DNA of 63,660 nucleotides, filler included, from Octopus bimaculoides (taxonomy: Eukaryota), in NCBI RefSeq assembly GCF_001194135.2. It is 6 parts of 4 records of this genome, joined end to end, with 100 filler letters (N's around TTAATTAATTAA, not from the genome) between each part and the next. Parts side by side here need not be neighbours in the genome. Positions count along the whole stretch, not along the records: positions 24,990 to 43,560 come from NC_068986.1; positions 43,661 to 58,335 come from NC_068986.1; 4 more parts are not named here. The stretch is one strand, 5' to 3'. Below are positions 35,600 through 48,386 of this stretch, in pieces; position 1 is the stretch's first letter, and the number at the start of each line of letters is the position of its first letter. A program made the position numbers and the translations under genes. Below the pieces are notes generated by a model, which was not told the origin of the DNA, searched no databases, and saw nothing but the letters and a program-made list of their open reading frames with translations.

Positions 35600-37305
35600 A
35601 TAAAATAAAGAAGAAATAGATCCATTATAGCCAACGTCTCACAAGGCAGCACTTCTCTCTCCACCCTCAACTTCCTTTTCAAATGAAACTTGAAAAAGTT
35701 GATGAGGGCTTGGCCAAAGAGGTAAGTGCTTGTCTTTAGAACTTTCAAACGGGTCCACTTACTACCTCTTCGCCACAGCCACTAGACAAATATAAATTCC
35801 CTGCCCCATTCCGACCAATCTTCACAATGGATGCAGTTGATAGCCGGATCCGTCCTACACGTGACAGCAGATGTTCCACATAAACCCACAGATCAGCAAT
35901 ACTCGGGCACAGGCCTAGGGCGTGCAGAACGGTTTCATCCTTCTGAGCGCACCTCAGGCAGGCCCGGCTGACGGCACTTCCGTGCTTGTAAAGCTTATCT
36001 CGAACAAACAGTACCCCTCGGTAGCACTGCCAGGTAAGGAGTTTCTGGAAGTTAACCATAGGCCTATGCCCGAAAGTTCTCCGAATTAGACCGGTTAGTT
36101 GATCTTCATCAACGCCAAAGTTTCCCCGAGAACGTCGTCGCACTTTTTCTCCACTAGTCCTCTATAGAACGCTAGAGTGGAACTACCACCGACTGCATTG
36201 CCCGCTTAGCGGAAGACTGAGCGCTTGACGGCACTCGAGGTACCAAGCGCCTTTCCTTGGTCTATGCCTAATCCAGGTTTGCAGCTCAGTCAAAGAGACG
36301 AGCTGTGGAAAAGCGTGCTTGACAAACGGTAACCACATCTGCTCACCGTCAAGGTAAGGCTGGGGATGCTGCAACCTCAGCGCATGTCTGCGCATCAGTA
36401 ACCACAGAATGCCGAGCCCTCCATTCAGCGGCTCAGTCGAATGCGTCCCTTCCACAGAAACCGGAAGAGTAAGCGCACCAGCTTGGTCAACCAGCAAACA
36501 GGTCAAGCAATGACAGTCAAGCAATAATAGGTGATGGATGCGATGTATGCATTCGCTAGCTCCGCTCGACCGTTCAGGGACAGCTTCCTATCGGCCTATT
36601 CCTGGGTGAGACTCGCAACCCTGCTCGTCACCACGTCCCAGTTTTTCTCCTCCCGGAGGTCCGGACCAAACCAGACCCCGAACAACTTAACGGGACCGTC
36701 TGTTCAGTGCCCCAGGACGCTGTTGGACGGTATGGACTTGCCTCTCCAGGTGCCGAGTTGCAAGCCCACTGACTTTTCCGCGTTAATATTTGCTCCTGTC
36801 ATCGCTTCACATTCTTGTAGTGTGTCGCCAATCAGGTCTATATGCCTGTGGCTCGACTCTATGACGGTTACATCATCAGCGTAATCAGACACACTTCTCG
36901 CACATCCTAGATCACGCGGGACACCCCTCAAAGCCACTAACTTCCACAGTAATGGCTCAAGAGTCAGTAAATACAGAAGGGAAGAAAAAGGGCATCCTTG
37001 ACGAACCGAACGCAAGATGCTGAATGGCTTCGACAGGTGACGATTCACCCGAATAACCGAGGAGATGTCGCTGTACAAGCAGAGATCCAACCGCGGAGAA
37101 CTGAACCGAAACCGGCAGCCTTGAGGACAAACATCAAGTATTGCTGGTCGACCCTATCAAAGGCTTTAGATTGATCTAAATTGATCAGAGACCCACCCAT
37201 GCCAGCTTCCTTACCCAATTCTCTATGGTGTAGTGCATAAGATGGTTATCGTGAATAGTCCTGGCCTAAATCTTCAACTCTGCATTTAGAAGAGTGAAGG
37301 GCCTG
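35600..37305 (-). mobile_element. Tx1/L1-clade LINE ORF2 (RT + C-terminal zinc finger); endonuclease absent
   Basis: RPFTLLNAELKI, LINLDQSKAFDRVD, VRQGCPFSSLLYLLTLEP, YADDVTV, and the C-terminal RACLRCAQKDETVLHAL. Confidence 0.92.
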
Positions 37306-37306
37306 A

Positions 37307-37352
<46 letters not shown>
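37307..37352. repeat. (AAT)n microsatellite
   Basis: Direct reading. Confidence 0.95.
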
Positions 37353-37655
37353 CTCTAAATAAAATTCTTTGTTCTTTATGCATTCTCAAACGGCTCGACC
37401 AAATCAAATCAAATTTTACAAGGTAATAGTATCAGATCCCGTGAGTGTCAACATGTATCTTTTCTTTTCTTTTGGATTAAAGCAATATAACATTGGTACT
37501 GGTTCGGTATTACGTGTCAAAAATGAAAGAACAACATCTATATTGTAATGTGATATAATATTGTTTCACTTTTATTCTTTCACTTAATTCTAATGTGATA
37601 AGGCTATAATATTGTTTCACTTTCGTTTGGATCAAGCGAGAAGCGAGAAAAAAAG
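37350..37655. mobile_element. Probable non-autonomous (Helentron/MITE-like) insertion
   Basis: ctttatgcattc..acggctcgacc...aaattt head and a gcgagaagcgag end; it separates the ORF1 and ORF2 relics. Family assignment is by resemblance only. Confidence 0.35.
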
Positions 37656-37659
37656 CATT

Positions 37660-39370
37660 TATCTATAGGTGTCGCAGGTCGTTGCTCCCAAGTCGTTGCT
37701 CCCAAGTCGTCAGTCCTTTGTATATAGTTCTTTTTATGGTAGTCCGATATTCTCCTGTGACATTCGGGTGCCTTGTTTTTAAAAGTGTGTATGTGTTTTG
37801 TTTTATAGCAATAATTTTTATGATTTGTGGAATGTAGAATGTGGGCGTGAGGTAGCTGTTTGCGTAAATGTTTAATATATTGTTTAATGTCTGCATGAAT
37901 TCTGCATTGTTTGTGTCTGTTGTCTAAGTTATTGTTTTTGTTTGTGTTTGGTTCTGTGTGACGGTTCTGTTCTTGTTTGTTCGTGCTAGGCTGTGTTTGT
38001 GTGGATGCGGTGTCACCTTTCTGTGTTTTCCGATGTTTTTGTGTTACTGCCGCCTTTTTCTTCAGTGCTCTGCTTTCTCTTCCCTTTTACCACTGTCCAT
38101 TCCTGGGAACTCCCATCCGATGCTCCGTTCTCGTCCTTCTCTGCGTCCAAAGCGTCGTCGGGGAGGGGTACATTTGAGCAGATGAGAGTTAGCTCATCTG
38201 TGTTCTTTTCGCTTTCAGTTCTTTTTTTTCTTTCTTTGCTTTTGCTGTAGCTTCTTGTCCCGCTCCGCTTAGATGCCCGGCGTCCCGAACTGCTGTCTCC
38301 TCTTGTTCGTTTGGCCCTGCTGTGTTTTTTGCTGGAGTTTCTGCTGTGATAGAGCTGCTGGCAGCAGGGACATTTTGATGGGTGCTTTGTTGGTTGGGTA
38401 GAGAGCTATTAAATGGCTCGGGTTCGCCACAGAGGTGGCATTTCGACCGCAACATGTAGCCTCCTCCCTCTTTTTTCAGGATGATAAAGTCGGGGATATT
38501 TTCTATTTGCTTCTCCTCAATTTGGCAGAGGAGCATCATCCCGTTCCTATCCAGTTTTACTTCCTCAACCTATATGATTGGAGGATATTTGACCTACCCC
38601 CAACTTCGTACGGGACGGTTGCTGTTGTATATTCAATATCAATTTCAGGCGGGACGTCGGCCACCTTGATCCTTACTACTCTTCTTCCAAGGTACGTTGG
38701 GACAAGGAGTAGTTCCTCATTGCGTAAGAGAGCTGACTGAATGTTTCCTCGCCTCTTCTTCGTTTTGGAATCTCACTTCTACGATCCCAAAACGCCTCCC
38801 TCTGCTAACGTAAGTCTTCTTATCCCAAATGGGGCGATGACATTTTTCTATGAAGGCTTCAGTCGTTCTTTCCATTTATTTTGTTTTTAGACTTATCACT
38901 TTGTATGTTATTGTCCTCTTCTAGATCTATTGCTCGATCTCAATGGGAGTGTGTAGGGCGATAATTCCTCCTATTTCTTCAAGAGACCCTTCACCTTCTC
39001 CAACAATTCATTATTTTATTTGATATTTTCCATGTAGTTGCAGGCTGAAGCGAACCTGCTTCGACCTGCTTCGTTTGTGTGCGAAGAAATCTCAATTGTC
39101 TTTTCTTCATTTTTCATCTGTTGTTTCTTTTCTTCTTTTTCCTCTGTGGGAACAATAGTGGTGGTGAGGGCGGGGAAGTCTTCGTTGAGCTGGCTGTTCA
39201 ACCTCTCGTCATCATTCCCACGGTCGGTCACCATTATTTTTGGTAAAATTTTCATAGAAATTCTTCGATGTAATTGGCGTATATAGCCCCCAAAAGGATT
39301 AAAAAAAAAAACTAGCGCCCTAGGAGGGCAGCTGCCTTATAACACGAATCGAGCAACAAAACAAGACTTC
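37660..39370 (-). mobile_element. Tx1/L1-type ORF1 relic
   Basis: KTYVSRGRRFGIVEVRFQNEEEA, LLVPTYLGRRVRIKVADVPPEI, KCHLCGEP knuckle-like; homologous to 2740-3690. Confidence 0.72.
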
Positions 39371-40187
39371 AACAACTCGTGACAACAAAAGTCAAACAAT
39401 TTCGGGAGCTCAAAACATATGACTTACCTCGAGGAAATTTGCTTATGTAATAAGAATCTTTAATATCACATGCATATGTTTATTTTAAGAACAATTACGT
39501 TGCTCAAACGCACTGTCATTTATATTTGCCGAATTGTTCTAAACTTGAACACTTTACACTTTTATCAAGTACATTAATATAATTTTCATACGTCTAATGG
39601 TACAAGTGATTACCCATTTCGATTCATGTCGGGGTACAGCACTCAGTAGTTTATTCAATTATATCGATTTTGACATTATTTTAGCATTTTTGGAAAAAGG
39701 AAGGCTAAATTGATGTAGGTGATATTAAAAAATATAAAAGATGTCATTGAATACTATGACATGGTATTTTGTCCGGTTCACTGCTGTTTCTGATCCACTG
39801 TCACCTATCGGAATACAAATGGCAGTCGACATCAAATGTAAATTGATACATGAAAATTTTACATCGCATCAGTTTGCAGTGTGTCGACAATATCCTCTTA
39901 CGTAAAGTACACTGTACTCGTTGTCATGATTTATATCATAGAAGCGAACAGAAACAAAATATATTAGCAGTTTCAGTAGAGGGCTAATACGGAGTATCGA
40001 TGTAAATGGATATTCAATTTGATGTCTACCTAGATCAGTGGATAAAATAATAAGAACAAAAACAACAGCAACAAGAAATAATTGTTTCTTACATATCCAT
40101 ATAGTAACATGATTTTAAGGAAAAGAAAATAGCATAATTGTATAATGGTTGTATTTCACAGGTATATTAACATTATAATAGATAAAC

Positions 40188-40550
40188 AGGCAGTGAGCTG
40201 GCAGAATCGGTACTGTACCGGACAATTGTGCTTTGCGGCATTTCGTACGTCTTTACGTTCTGAGTTCAAATTCCACCAAGATCGACTTTACTTTTCATAT
40301 TTTGAGGGGTTGATAAAATAAGTACCAGTTGAACACTGGGGCCGATGTAATCAAACTTCCTGGCGGTGAGCTAGTAGAATAGTTAAAGCGTCGGAAAAAT
40401 GCCTTGCAGTATATGTTCCGACTCTTCGTATTCTGAATTCAAATCCAGGCAGGGGTCATCTTTTCTTTCCAAGGTTAATAAAATGAATTCTCAATCAAGT
40501 TCTGGGGGCGATCGTATCGAATAAACTCCTACCTTCAAAGTTTCTGACCT
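40188..40550 (+). mobile_element. Two tandem family A-like SINEs
   Basis: ggcagtgagctggcagaatcgg (40188) and ggcggtgagctagtagaatag (40362) heads with bodies. Confidence 0.8.
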
Positions 40551-42064
40551 TCATTTTAATTCAGAAATATTTATTAAAAATTAGAAATTTTTATTACTAA
40601 AATAAAACCCTTGAGGGAAATTTATCGCTCTACCATGTTTGTTTCTGGAATTAAAAAAATGAAGAAACTAAGAAATAAGAGAAGGGTTACAAATATAAAA
40701 TAGAAATAAATTAAAGAAAATTTTTTGAAAACACAAAATAGAAAGAAATAATTATGAACGGAGTGATGGATGGTGGAATAAATGAATGATTATCAAAACC
40801 GCCCCATTACCATTTAGAAGAAAGAGGCGATACAGTACTTTTTGAGACGAATCGCTTCAGTAGAACATAGTGGCTGTAGATAAATTACTTGTAACAAAAT
40901 AAGTTAGCGGGAAGACGAAGTGATAGATAACGGTATTACATGAAACATGTGCGTTGTGTGACATATGATTAACAATGGTCCGTTATCTATTTCAGGTGAT
41001 ATCTTGTAAAATCTATCTGACTGACGGAAAGACAGAAAAAATACTGATTTGAAGAAAAACATTAAAATTAAGAGAAACAAATAAAAAGTTAAAGCATTAT
41101 TTAAGGGATAAATGTCATTAGAGAATCCATTACATAACACATACATAAGTTATATTCGTGTAAGAGTCGCTTGCATGACAAATAGATAGATAGATAGAAA
41201 AATTTAAGGAAAAGCGAATTGATGCATTTCTAAACATACTCACTCACACCCATTACTAATAAGGCAAGTCTCATGCAGTAAAAGTTTACCTATTTTTTTA
41301 CGCAATATAACTGATCTACAGCAATGTTTTTTTTCATTATCAAATCGGAAACACCTTTTTAATGGAATTTCCAGTGTCTTCTCTTATTAATGTAGTTTAT
41401 ATATATGTTCGTTGGCTGCTTTCTCTTATTGGACTACGGCCGTATTATTGCACTTTCTATTGCACTTTCTCCAAAGAATTAAATCGAGCAAGTCAACCCC
41501 AGAATTATTTCCATCAGATACTTATTTTATCGTATTTATTTTGTATCATTCATTCATTTGACGTGAAATTTTCCTTGTCGTGCTATTTAAATCGTGAAAT
41601 TTTTCTTGTCGTGCTATTTAAATCGTAAAATAGCTTCCTTGTCTTTTCTTTCTTCTACTTTAAGATTGTAGTACAGGGTAAAAGTTCGGATCCAGTTAAC
41701 GTTTAGTAATCTATGTATAAATGAAATGTGAAAGGTTTTTAAAAAAATTATCGTTCAGGCGCAAAAGCCTATCAGAAAGATAGTCAAAGTAATATGTGTG
41801 TACGTAGATCCTGCCATTTTCGCATGATCTACGTAGATATGCCTTTGCACCTGAAGAGATGCCTTTGCGCCTGAAGATAGGCATTTGCGCCCGAAATTTA
41901 GAAGCTTCCCTCATTTCTCATGTCATTTATTATTCTACTTTTGTACTACATTGCTTCAAGCAAACTACAACGCTCTTCTTTGTAATCTCTATTCTTTTAT
42001 TCTTGTATTCGCTTCAGTCATTTGACTGTGGCTATTCTGGAAGGGTGTTTAATCGAAGAAATCG

Positions 42065-42221
42065 ACCACAGAACTTATTCTTAATAATTCTAGTACTAAT
42101 TATATCATTCTCTTTAGCCGAACCGCTAAATTACGGGGACATAAACACACCAACATCGGTTGTCAAGCAATGGTATGGGACAAACACAGACAGAAACACA
42201 TGCACATATAAATACACACAC

Positions 42222-42257
<36 letters not shown>

Positions 42258-42432
42258 ACACACACATATATATGACGGGCTTTCAGTTTCCTTCTGTCAC
42301 ATACACTCACAAGTCTTTGGACGGCCCGAGGCTATAGTAGAAAACTCATGTTGAAGGTGCCACACAATGGGACTGAACCCGGAACCATGTGGTTGAGAAG
42401 CAAGCATTTTACCACACAGCCACGCCTGCGCC
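42065..42432 (-). mobile_element. CORE-type SINE (family B)
   Basis: gggactgaacccggaaccatgtggttg head in reverse; ccgaaccgctaa.ttacggggac body. Confidence 0.85.
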
Positions 42433-43279
42433 TATATATTTACGAAAAGAATATTTCTCCCTTACATTGATCTTCAACGTAAAGTATAGGATAACGGTTA
42501 AATCTAGTTCAGTTAAAAATTCTAAATTACTATTTCCTATTTCCTTTCATTTGTAGACGTTTTCATAACTCATCGGTACAGCCAATGTTCAATTATATTG
42601 TTAACAAACTAAAGATGATTTTTTTCAAAGTCTGATGTGGAGGTGAAGTGTGCATGAAAAGTGGAAATTCTCTGGTGAAAAATATCTGTCTGTAAACATA
42701 GTATAGATTTCCACAGTTTTTCAGCAATATCAAACATTCATAAGAAATTTGAATAACGTAGATAGAATTAATATACATAGAACAAAATAGATGAAATAGA
42801 TTGATGTGTGATTATTTTAACAGCGCATTCATATGTGTTTCTTGTTGTGTGTGTGCGTGTGTTTGTTTGTTTGTATTTGAGTGTGGAGGAGTGATTTGTG
42901 TACAAATACATATAGGCACATGTACACAAACAGACACGCATATGTACAATGGAGGTCGACTCCATACTGGGATCGACCACCATTTTCTAACAATAACTTT
43001 CAAAGCAAAGATGACTCTGAAGTCCAGTTTATGATTTGTAGCGTTTTTCCAAAGCTATTGCATAAATGTCTCTTCTCGGTTAAACGCAGTACAAGATCAA
43101 GAGAATTTCCAACGTGTACGGCTATGCAACTTTCCAAATCATCAATAGAAAGACAAAATCTATTACCTGCTTATTAAATTGCTTTGGTTCATGTATCCTT
43201 GATTGGCAAACGTAACCGCTTTAATAGAAAGACAAACTCGCTTACAGAGTACGACATTTGAAAGGATTATTGACATATA

Positions 43280-43515
43280 TTAAGGTGGTGCTCCAGTATG
43301 GCTGCAGTTAAATGACTGAAATAAGTAAAAAAATAAAAGAATATAGATGCAGGTGTGGCTGTACCGCAAGAAGCTTATTTCCTAACCACATGGTTCTGAA
43401 TTCAGTCCCACTGAGCATGATACTTTGGCAAGGTGTTTTTCTACTATAGCCTCGAACCGACTAAAGCTTTATGAGTAGATTTGGAAGAGGGAAACTGAAG
43501 GAAGTCCGTCGTATT
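43280..43515 (+). mobile_element. Family B SINE tail followed by the head of another copy
   Basis: ggtggtgctccagtatggctgcag tail, then ggtgtggctg...ttcagtcccactg...ctactatagcctc. Confidence 0.75.
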
Positions 43516-43660
43516 TCCTTCAGTTTCCTTCTTCCAAATCTACTCATAAAGCTATATATANNNNNNNNNNNNNNNNNNNNNNNNNNNNNNNNNNNNNNNN
43601 NNNNTTAATTAATTAANNNNNNNNNNNNNNNNNNNNNNNNNNNNNNNNNNNNNNNNNNNN

Positions 43661-43744
<84 letters not shown>

Positions 43745-44399
43745 TAATATATATACACACACATATATATGTGTATGTGTGTATTTATAATGAAGGATAT
43801 CAAATGAAATGCTAGAAAGAAGAAACTTTAGAAATACAGAATTAATTTTAAAGAAAAGAAAAAGATTCTTTTTTTTTATTGATATTAAGTGAATTGTTTT
43901 TCGATAGTTAAATAAATAAAAATAGATTAGTATATAGATATTGAATTAATCTAGTTTAAAAGCTTATTGAAAAAAAATTTGTTTTACTTTTAATTTTGTT
44001 TATTGGTTTTACTGTAAATGTTTATTTATTTGTATTTATATATTTATTAAACTATCACAGCTTGCAAATCAGATTAACTCCTCACTGAACATTTATAGGA
44101 AAGGATCAATAGCTAAGTTTAACTTACATAACATTATCTTTATCGTTATTGCCATTTCTTTATATGACATCATTGCAATATTCTAAAACCATTTTCTGAG
44201 GATAATTCGTGATTTGAGAAACTTGGAAAATATCAGTTGGAAATGTTTGAAGAATTTTAATTTTGAAAGAAACATCAAAGTACAACATAGTATAAAGAAA
44301 TGTAAGTCACTTTTAATGCTTTAATTAAAAGAAAAAAATGGAATATATATATAAATAAATGAAACATAATCATCAACATTATCATTTAATGTTTGTCTT

Positions 44400-45610
44400 T
44401 CCATGCTGGAATGTGTTGAGCAGTTTTATGAGATTCAATGGGTCTGAGGAATGCATCATGTTATAATACTTACTTTGGTACGGTATCTTCTCTTCGGCTG
44501 GATGTACTTCTTAATGCCAACCACTTTACTGGATGCTTTTTTCATGCCATCACACTAATGAGGTCACCATATAACTCACATCCCTTTCAACTTGAATGGA
44601 ACTACAATAGAGGGGTTAAATAGTGAAAGAAGGGGCTTCAACAGGTTTCTTTCTGTAAAAGTGATACATTGATACTTGCATTATTCAAAAGTGGATGAGA
44701 ATAATCAGAGTTGGAAAGAAAAATTAAAGATGGTAGAAATGAGGCATCAGGGTGGGCCCTAAAGGTGCAAGGTGAACAGAAGTGAATGAGAACAGAAGAA
44801 AAGGAAGGTTGTATAATGTGTTGTACAACCTGGTTAAGTATATGGGTGACGAGATCGTATCCTATTCTGTCAGATAGTTTAAGCATCTCAGTAGTAGTGC
44901 CTGATGGTCCAGAAGCTTTCCTTGCCTTGCTATCCTTAATTGCTTTATCTAAAATACTGTTGTCAACTAGGATAACTAATCCCTTCTGATGGAGCCCTGT
45001 TAGAAAGACCTTTTCCTTCTGTGCATTTTCCACATTTAATAGCCATTCATAGTAGCACTTCCATGTCCCTTTCTTTTCAGAATCACTAGATACAAGTGAT
45101 CCGTTGTCCATCCATGGCCACTGCTCTCTCAAATTTCTTGATTTCCTCTGAATCATTACTTTGCCATCTGAGAAATACTTCTGGTCTGCACACTCTAGAA
45201 CATTGGCAAATCCCTTAGTTTCAGTTTCTCTCCTTGCTAAATAAACCTGTTGCCTAGAATCTCTTCTAGGTACCTAGTAGGATTCCTTGTTATCCCCATT
45301 CTTCCCATCTTTCCTAGCTTGTTTCTTCATTTTTGTAGCTCACTGTACCTCACTCTTCCAGCACCACATCACCTATGGTCTGGCCAAGGCTTTGTACTAT
45401 GTATATACTTGATCTGTTGCTCTCAGTAGCTTTTCTTGTCAGAAGTTCCTATTGTCTTCAGTTTAAAGGCTTCTAACCCCCACCTCTTTTTTGTCAAATG
45501 TTTCTAATTGTCAATAGATCTTTAAGCTGCCATATTTTGCTTTTCCAGCCTGGTTTGTGTTTCTGATTCCTTTTAGCTCTAAGCCTGAAGTTACTAACCT
45601 ATGTTGAGTT
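44400..45610 (-). mobile_element. RTE-clade LINE relic (pre-RT linker, start of RT, 3' UTR piece)
   Basis: KKGTWKCYYEWLLNVEN...KAIKDSKARKASGPSGTTTEMLK; RTE-type 3' UTR at 44400-44560. Confidence 0.82.
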
Positions 45611-45613
45611 GTA

Positions 45614-46831
45614 CATCCTTCATCCCATAAATAATGTGGGGTTTTTTATACTTCTTTTATTTTTCAAAATTAAGATAAACAAAATTCTTTTTTTATCTAA
45701 AATTTACTCTCCTTCATTTTCTTCAATGCTCTTCCATCTATCTGGTAGACTTTCAAAGCCCCTCTCCAAAAATTCACTTGTCCATGATAAAAATACTCCT
45801 CCAGTACTGTTCTAACCTCGTCTACAGAATTCATATTTTTTCCATCCAAATGATTTTGAAGACTGCAGTATAAATGATAATCAGATGGGGCAATATCTGG
45901 CAATATGGGACAATATTTGGTGGGTAGGGCATCGTTTCCCATTCAAACTGCTCCAACTTTTGGAATGTCATCTTCATTGTATGCCATCTTTGCTTTATCC
46001 TAATGGAACAACACCTTTCCTCTTGAAACCAAAGATGGTGGTTTTTCTTCTAGGTCTGACTTAAGCCACTCAAGCTGCTCACAGTAGATCTCCTTTGTTA
46101 TTGTTTGGTTTGGGTTTAAAAGTTCAAAGTGGACTAAACCTTTCATATCCCACCAAACAGATAACAACACCTCATGTGGGTGAAGACCTTCTTTTGTCAC
46201 TATTCTGTCCAAAAGAGGTTAATTCATAGATGTGATAGCAAAGAAGAGCACACATTCACTCTCTCTCTCTCTCTCTGCGATTAGACTCGGAAAGTTTGCG
46301 AGGAACCCATTGACCCAATTTGCTAACTTTTCTGATGGCACGCAGGTGTCGATGAATGGTTGAATGACCAATTCCAAGCTTTTCTGCTCGTTCCTCAACC
46401 ATTGCGATGGAATTTCCTTCCACCAGGCTTTGCAGGACGTCCTCGTTGAGCTCTAAAGATCTTCCAGGATGAGGCTCATCTTCTAGGCTGTGGTTTCCAG
46501 TTAGGATTTTCTGGAATCACCGTTCCAGAAATTGTCTTATGCTTATTATCCGATCCCCATATACTGCATTAATATTCCTTGCACTTTCCATTGCATTGTT
46601 GCCTTTATTGAACTCATAAAGCAAAATATGCTCCTTTGTCACTTCCATTATAGCTTTGAAAAAATAACTGTTAAAATTGAACTGCACTCTTCAAAACTTG
46701 TACTAAGAATAAGCACAAAGTGAAATTTCTACCTGCTTTTATAGCAAGTTGATGCAAGTAGTTTATCCTGTCCCCCTCTGACTTTTAGTTCATACAATTG
46801 AAAAGACCCCATTATTTATGGGATGACCCAA
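45614..46831 (-). mobile_element. Mariner (DD34D), related to the 1357-2728 family
   Basis: TIRs catcccataaataatgtgggg (45621) and ccccattatttatgggatgaccca-a-TA (46807-46833); VLLSVWWDMKGLVHFELL, PDIAPSDYHLYCSLQNHL. Confidence 0.9.
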
Positions 46832-48339
46832 TACATTTACAATCATTTGCCTGTCTTACGTTTTTTGGTTAGAATGTCAACAATCTGGTTTGTGTGGATA
46901 GGTGATCAGATAGTTGTCTAGTTTCTGAAATTAATCATATATATATATATGTATATATATTAAAGGATTGGTCTGGTGTTGTAAGAGGCCATAGCCATGT
47001 CTTTTGCAGTCCCTTAAAATCCAGGTTGATATTTTCTTGAGGGGACTGCTCGTTGAGAAACGTTTCAGTATTATGCACAAAAGGTGCAATTCTAGAAAAC
47101 TAATATTCAGTGGAGGGTGAACTAAGGAAGTAGTGTGTGTGGAGCCTGGGTGTGGTTAATGCAGAATATGCGATAATAGGAGAAAAGATGAGTATGTTGG
47201 GCTGGTCTGTGAGATGGTGGTGGTGACTTGAAAGCTTCAAGGGAACAGAGGCTATAGTAGTAGTGGTACAAAAAGTAAGGTGAGATGACAGCATATGTGT
47301 GCTAGAGGTTAGAGTAAATTTTAAATTTTTAGTCATTCACAATAGCCATTTCTGCTGTATTTTTGTTCTGTTTTACAGCCATTTGTTTCATATTAACACA
47401 GATGTGATTGCTCTTTTGTTAGAGTTGTTATTTTAATTGTAGGACACCTTTCCTACCACTTCAATCATGAAGTCTAAGTGAAAGATAATTTATCAGCTAG
47501 CCAAACAGAAACAAGCAGTGTTGAGTAACCTGCTGAAGGATGCAACGTGCTTGTCATAAGATTTGAACTTAGAGTCTTGTGGTAATCTAGTTCTTTAACC
47601 CTTTTGTTACTGTATCTATTTTGAGATGCTCTGTGTTTCTTTCAATTAATTTAAATAAAACAAGGAATTTAGTAAAATAACTTAGTTATCATTCAGCTAG
47701 TGTTAGGAACATAAATTGTGACTAAGGTTTAGTGGAAGATTTTGATTCAAAACTTATGAAAACAAGACATTTGTACTCAGAGCCAGAGCCGGTTTCAGCT
47801 GGGTTGGTAACGAAAGAGTTGACCACATGACTAACATGTTTGTAATTTCAGAAATTTGAATAGTTTTATGCTAAAACTCCTGATTAACCTTAACTGCAGA
47901 GTGCATTCCCATCTTTGAAAAGTTGATTTTTATTCTGTTGTTAACTTTCTTGATCACATCGCCATTTTCCTGATTACATTGCCATCCTTTGACAAGTTTC
48001 CCAATCATGTTCTTTTATTCTGCTACCAGTTTCTTTCAGCGGATTGTGATTATTCCAGACCACTACTTTCAGAAGTTCTACTCTATTAGATCAACTCCAA
48101 TATTTTGTCTGGTACTTGTTTTATTAATCTTGTAAGGAATACAAGGCAAATTGTTTACGATGCTGAAATAACTTCAATTAAACTGAATACTTCATGATAC
48201 TCTTGTTCAGTGCACTTTGTTAATCCTATACCCAAATATAACGGAAAGTGAGGTGTAATTCTTATGAAATCATGCCAGTATGGAAAGATGAAAAGTGGAT
48301 GTAAATCAATGATAATGATGTTATATACTCTGCACTCCA

Positions 48340-48386
<47 letters not shown>

